DNA of 49,483 nt, filler included, from Dimargaris cristalligena (lineage: Eukaryota), in the NCBI GenBank assembly GCA_003614675.1. It is 2 parts of 2 records of this genome, joined end to end, with 100 filler letters (N's around TTAATTAATTAA, not from the genome) between each part and the next. Parts side by side here need not be neighbours in the genome. Positions count along the whole stretch, not along the records: positions 24,795 to 49,483 come from ML002579.1; 1 more part is not named here. One strand, 5' to 3'. Made by a program: the position numbers and the translations under genes. The notes below the pieces were generated by a model, which was given only the letters and a program-made list of their open reading frames with translations, searched no databases and was not told the origin of the DNA. Positions 45,832 through 49,483 of this stretch are shown here, in pieces. Each line of letters starts with the position of its first letter. Position 1 is the first letter of the stretch.

Positions 45832-46803
45832 TTAAGCAGTCGCCATCAACTGCAATTGGTCCATCAAACTATCTAATTCGCTGATTTTTTGGCTCACGGT
45901 CGCCAGTCGTTTGGTCATTCGGTCCATTCGGTTCCAAGTCTCTACGGCCTTGCCAAAATTCTGCAGCTGTTCACCGGTATTCATCCGGTCCACATCCCTC
46001 TCCAGGTTAAATTCCTTGTATTCGGCGTGTAGGGCGGCCGCGTCTTTGATGTTCAGGTCATGGGGCAGATCGCTAATCTCCGCCCGGTTGACGGCCATGT
46101 ATTCTTTGACGTAGGCCTCCATCTCCTGTTTGGCGTCCATCCCTTTGCGCCATTGCTGGCAAAGTGATAAGGTACAGTATTTCAGGTAAATGTCCGTCGC
46201 CCCCGGGTAGATTGTGGTCAATTGGGTACCGTATGTCTGGAGCAACTGGGCCTGCTGGTGGAGTTGCACGCCGGTGGTTTCCGTCATGAGGGTCCGGGCC
46301 AGCGTGGCCAGTTCCCGGCGTTTGGTCTTATCGTTGGCCGTGTCGCTGCTATAGGGTAGTTGCCGCGGGTCGGTCCTCGGTGTAGTTAGGCATTGGTAGA
46401 GATCCATTTCGATGCGATTGATGATTGACTGGAGCCCAATCATGGCCGAATCGAAGCGAAGCCCCAGGGTGATAAAAGTCTGAACGTCATTGTTGATCAT
46501 TTTAAAAAGGGCTGCAATGTCGCTACTAGTGATTACACCCTCTTGTAATTCCGCCAAGTAGGTGGTTTTGGTCGCCCATTGATGGTCAACCTGGGATAGT
46601 TGTTGGGCTTGGTCGATAAAATCCGTCATTTTCGAAAGAGGGTCGGGACTGGCGCGTTTCGGATATTGGGAGCTGGTGGGGTCGGCGAGGGGTCGTTTGA
46701 GAGAATTGGGGTCATCATTCATGGGAAAAGGCCGGACATTAACGAAAGTCGCTAATGCAACCCCCAGGGCTAACCAAGTGGTGTTAAGTTTAATTGCCAC
46801 CAT
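45832..46803 (-). CDS. Secreted, probably helical orphan protein, ~323 aa, intronless
   Basis: ACCATGG start at 46803 within the 409-aa ORF. Hydrophobic N-terminus MVAIKLNTTWLALGVALATFVNV and an amphipathic, coiled-coil-like composition. No family recognised. Confidence 0.8.
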   Translation of the reverse strand: MVAIKLNTTWLALGVALATFVNVRPFPMNDDPNSLKRPLADPTSSQYPKRASPDPLSKMTDFIDQAQQLSQVDHQWATKTTYLAELQEGVITSSDIAALFKMINNDVQTFITLGLRFDSAMIGLQSIINRIEMDLYQCLTTPRTDPRQLPYSSDTANDKTKRRELATLARTLMTETTGVQLHQQAQLLQTYGTQLTTIYPGATDIYLKYCTLSLCQQWRKGMDAKQEMEAYVKEYMAVNRAEISDLPHDLNIKDAAALHAEYKEFNLERDVDRMNTGEQLQNFGKAVETWNRMDRMTKRLATVSQKISELDSLMDQLQLMATA

Positions 46804-48639
46804 GGTGTTGGGGAAATAGTATAGGTGAGAAGAGACGGGGGGAGTGGCGATAGATGGTCTACAATTTAGTACACTATAAATTAGCAAAATATAAAAGGCC
46901 GGCGAGTGCTTTACACCGCCAGATACAATTGAGAAAATGAGAATAGGGGAAGTATTATGGGAAATAGAGTGTGGCATGTCCATATATATATATATAATAG
47001 GGGAGATGAGGGGGCCCAAATTGGCGTTATCCCTCTTATAATCGGGCCACCATAGCTCCAACGGCGACTAGCTTGGCCTGTTCCGCCGACATCGGAAACC
47101 GAAGCTATCCAATGAATAGCCACCGCATTGCATTTGTGCGAGGGTGGGGTTAATTCCGTGATTCATTGATAGCCTTAAGAGGAAATTCTTTTGGGAGGCG
47201 AATTCATGGACTGGTGTGGTGCCTTGGCCTAATTCTCCACCAAATGGTCAAGACCACACAAAGAGGGGGCTATGGCTAATTGTGGCTGCACGTGAATAAC
47301 CTTAACCCCCCCTTCCTCCCCTATCTATGTAAGCGGGCCAGTTAAGAGGAAGTAAGGCAAGGGAGGGCACCATTTAATAATGTATGGAACGAAATCCCAT
47401 CAATTTTCTGTTTAGGGCAAATTATATGGAGTTTGTACTGGGGATTCCAGCCGAGGGGGACAGTGTGCAGGCTATGTGTGGCAGGACTAGCGACGGTTTT
47501 GTTGGTGCGACGGGGAACTCAGTCCCTTGAGTTGGGGGAATGTGCGGCCTTTAGTTGGAAACATCGGTTTATATGACTAGGAAACCCGACGGTAGTGCAG
47601 GTAAGTATTTCCAATGTATTCCGAAATTTGACTGGTTTATATTGCGTTGGCCATTATATATAATTTCCCTTCAAGAGTGTGAGTATGTGGTATGTGGGTT
47701 GTTGGCCTATAATTCCTACCCGACTCTGTATAGCGGCCGACGGCTTGAACATCCGTCCGCGACTGTGCTCCGTAATTCCGCATAGTAATAGCCCCTTCCC
47801 CCAACTGATAAGTGGTATCCCACTTTTTCTCTTTGGGCTCACCAAGCATCTCTTCTATTCAGTATCAATGTGAGATGGTTGGTTATAGGAGACGGTTCCA
47901 ATAGAGAAGAGATCTTGTAAGGTGGTATTAAATTCACGTGACTACCGGGCCAAAATTTAAGTGATGCTCTGGGCACACTCCCGCCACCCTGCCTACCCTT
48001 CTGATTCTGGTGGACCAAATTTCGGCTCCCAGGATAAAGTCTAAGAGGTGAATGATTGGAGCGACGGACTTAGGGTAGCTGTTTAAGGTGAATTCATTAA
48101 GGAGACGTGGGAGGAGAGGGTGCTTTGCGAAATAGTTGCGGTGGACTCTGGTCTGGCTTGGGTTAGTAGTGGGGAGTATATATTTCCAAAGGGTGGTAGG
48201 GTCGCCGATTAGCAGATGATACATCCCGTCGGTCGATTCAGAATCTTCGGGCTGATCGACCATGATAATGACAGGCGGCGGGAGAGGAGGAAACGCCCCT
48301 TAAAGTGGAGCCGCCTGCATCTGAATGGGGCCATTATATCTATATCTACGCGCATGTATGTGTCCTGGAAGGGATTGTCCAGAGATAAATGAAGCTTCAA
48401 AATATCTAAAATCAAGGCAATCCCCTGCCATTGGGCTATTTTATAGTTGGTTCCACGGAGCCTTTTTGGCTCTTCAGCATCAAAAGGGTTCTTTATGGAA
48501 GCGACGATAGATATAGCTCTGTCGACTTCCCGCATTCCTTTCCAACCAGCCCAAGTCCAAGTCCAAGCAAAGCATATAACGTGCTGGGCTTCTCGCACCT
48601 GAACTGTGTAGATTCCCTCAAAGTCTCTTGCCTTTCTCA

Positions 48640-48700
48640 CTCTCAGTCTCTCTCACACACTCTCTGCCTCTGCCTCTTTCTCTTTCTCTCTCTCTCTCTC
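48640..48700. repeat. (CT)n-rich simple repeat in the leader of the last gene
   Basis: Long ctctct tract; similar tracts precede the other genes in this window. Confidence 0.7.
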
Positions 48701-48933
48701 TTTCCCTTTCTTTCCCGCTTTCGTCTGAACCTTACTTTCACTGCTATTTACTTATTCTCCATTCCAGCCCCGAGTCCACCACTCTAGTAAGAAAGGCCTT
48801 TTCAGTTCCGATCGTTTTAACTAACATTCCCTTCTCCCCTCCACTCTTGGGAAAGTGAAACCGCCCATTTTCAGTGCGTTGCATCCTCTCCCCTCACTCC
48901 CTGTGTCTTGCGTGCGCATATGATCGGCCTGCC

Positions 48934-49483
48934 ATGGCGGATCGCGATTCCTCTCCCAAAGCCGAGTCCGACATCGACAAGCGCTCCTTCTGGACCTTCG
49001 GCTTAGCCGATGAGGCCCACCACCAGTCCTACCCCCCCTCCACCATCACCACAGCGTCCCCCAACAGGGTACGTGGCTCACCCGGCTCGCCGGCTCCGCG
49101 CTCCAGGCGTAACCCGTACCACGCCATGCCAGAAAGCAGTACCGCTCGTCGGATTACTAGGCTGCCCAGCCCTGAACCATCCGTCTCGGCTCGTCGGTAT
49201 GGTCAAACCCAAACCCAAGCCCAAACTCAGTCACACCCACCGCCACTCCCTACGGCCGCGGCCTCTATAGCCGGTCGTCGATCCACTTCCTCACCACCCC
49301 CGCCCACCGCAGCGACGGCTAGTCAAATCCCCGCCGACCGGAGATTCGTAACACCACCACCACCAGTAGCTGCTGCCTCCTCCACCATCAGCAGCAGCCA
49401 AGCGGTTCACCGCTGCCACCCATCCGCACCGTCTTCGCCGGCTCCCGGCCAGATGACCATGTCCCCCCATCCGATCTCCCCCC
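48934..49483 (+). CDS. 5' part of an unknown protein with a Ser/Pro-rich disordered N-terminus, truncated by the window edge
   Basis: GCCATGG start and a stop-free frame to the window end: MADRDSSPKAESDIDKRSFWTFGLADEAHHQSYPPS...GQMTMSPHPISP. Confidence 0.75.
   Translation, partial: MADRDSSPKAESDIDKRSFWTFGLADEAHHQSYPPSTITTASPNRVRGSPGSPAPRSRRNPYHAMPESSTARRITRLPSPEPSVSARRYGQTQTQAQTQSHPPPLPTAAASIAGRRSTSSPPPPTAATASQIPADRRFVTPPPPVAAASSTISSSQAVHRCHPSAPSSPAPGQMTMSPHPISP

Noticed and set aside
46804-47061. 86-aa N-terminal extension of the 409-aa ORF
   Set aside because: It starts at TTG and crosses TATA-like and (TA)n sequence; the ATG at 46803 has good context and begins a signal peptide.
1-49483. 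tRNA, rRNA, CRISPR arrays and intact transposons
   Set aside because: No cloverleaf with A/B boxes, rRNA-like sequence, repeat-spacer array, or transposase/RT ORF was seen; GTTCG hits near 21690 and 21786 lack tRNA stems.

Overview
Intron-rich eukaryotic DNA, inferred to be from an early-diverging fungus. The basis is GT-AG introns with CTAAC branch points, a fungal Rho4, retained PRL phosphatase and HAUS7, and a giant intronless NRPS. This profile resembles the mycoparasite Dimargaris (Zoopagomycota), but that is not verified. An artificial 100-nt linker (N44-TTAATTAATTAA-N44, 24695-24794) joins two contigs, so the two halves need not be neighbours. Left contig: a partial orphan CDS, PRL/PTP4A phosphatase with two uORFs ending His-Pro-stop, NSE3/MAGE, Rho4-like GTPase, a HAUS7/AUG7-like augmin subunit with a foldable intronic element, then about 7.6 kb with no clear gene. 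Right contig: a CpG-free, TpA-rich tract, a ~15-kb NRPS (degenerate A-T-C, then A-T-C-A-T-C-A-T-E-C-A-T, no release domain), a COG0523/CobW GTPase gene, a secreted DPBB protein, a secreted orphan and a partial low-complexity CDS. The most striking observation is that the CobW gene stops after its G4 motif and its last intron can splice in frame into the NRPS. This could be a metal-chaperone GTPase-NRPS fusion or an assembly chimera. All gene models were built by hand; no database searches were run.
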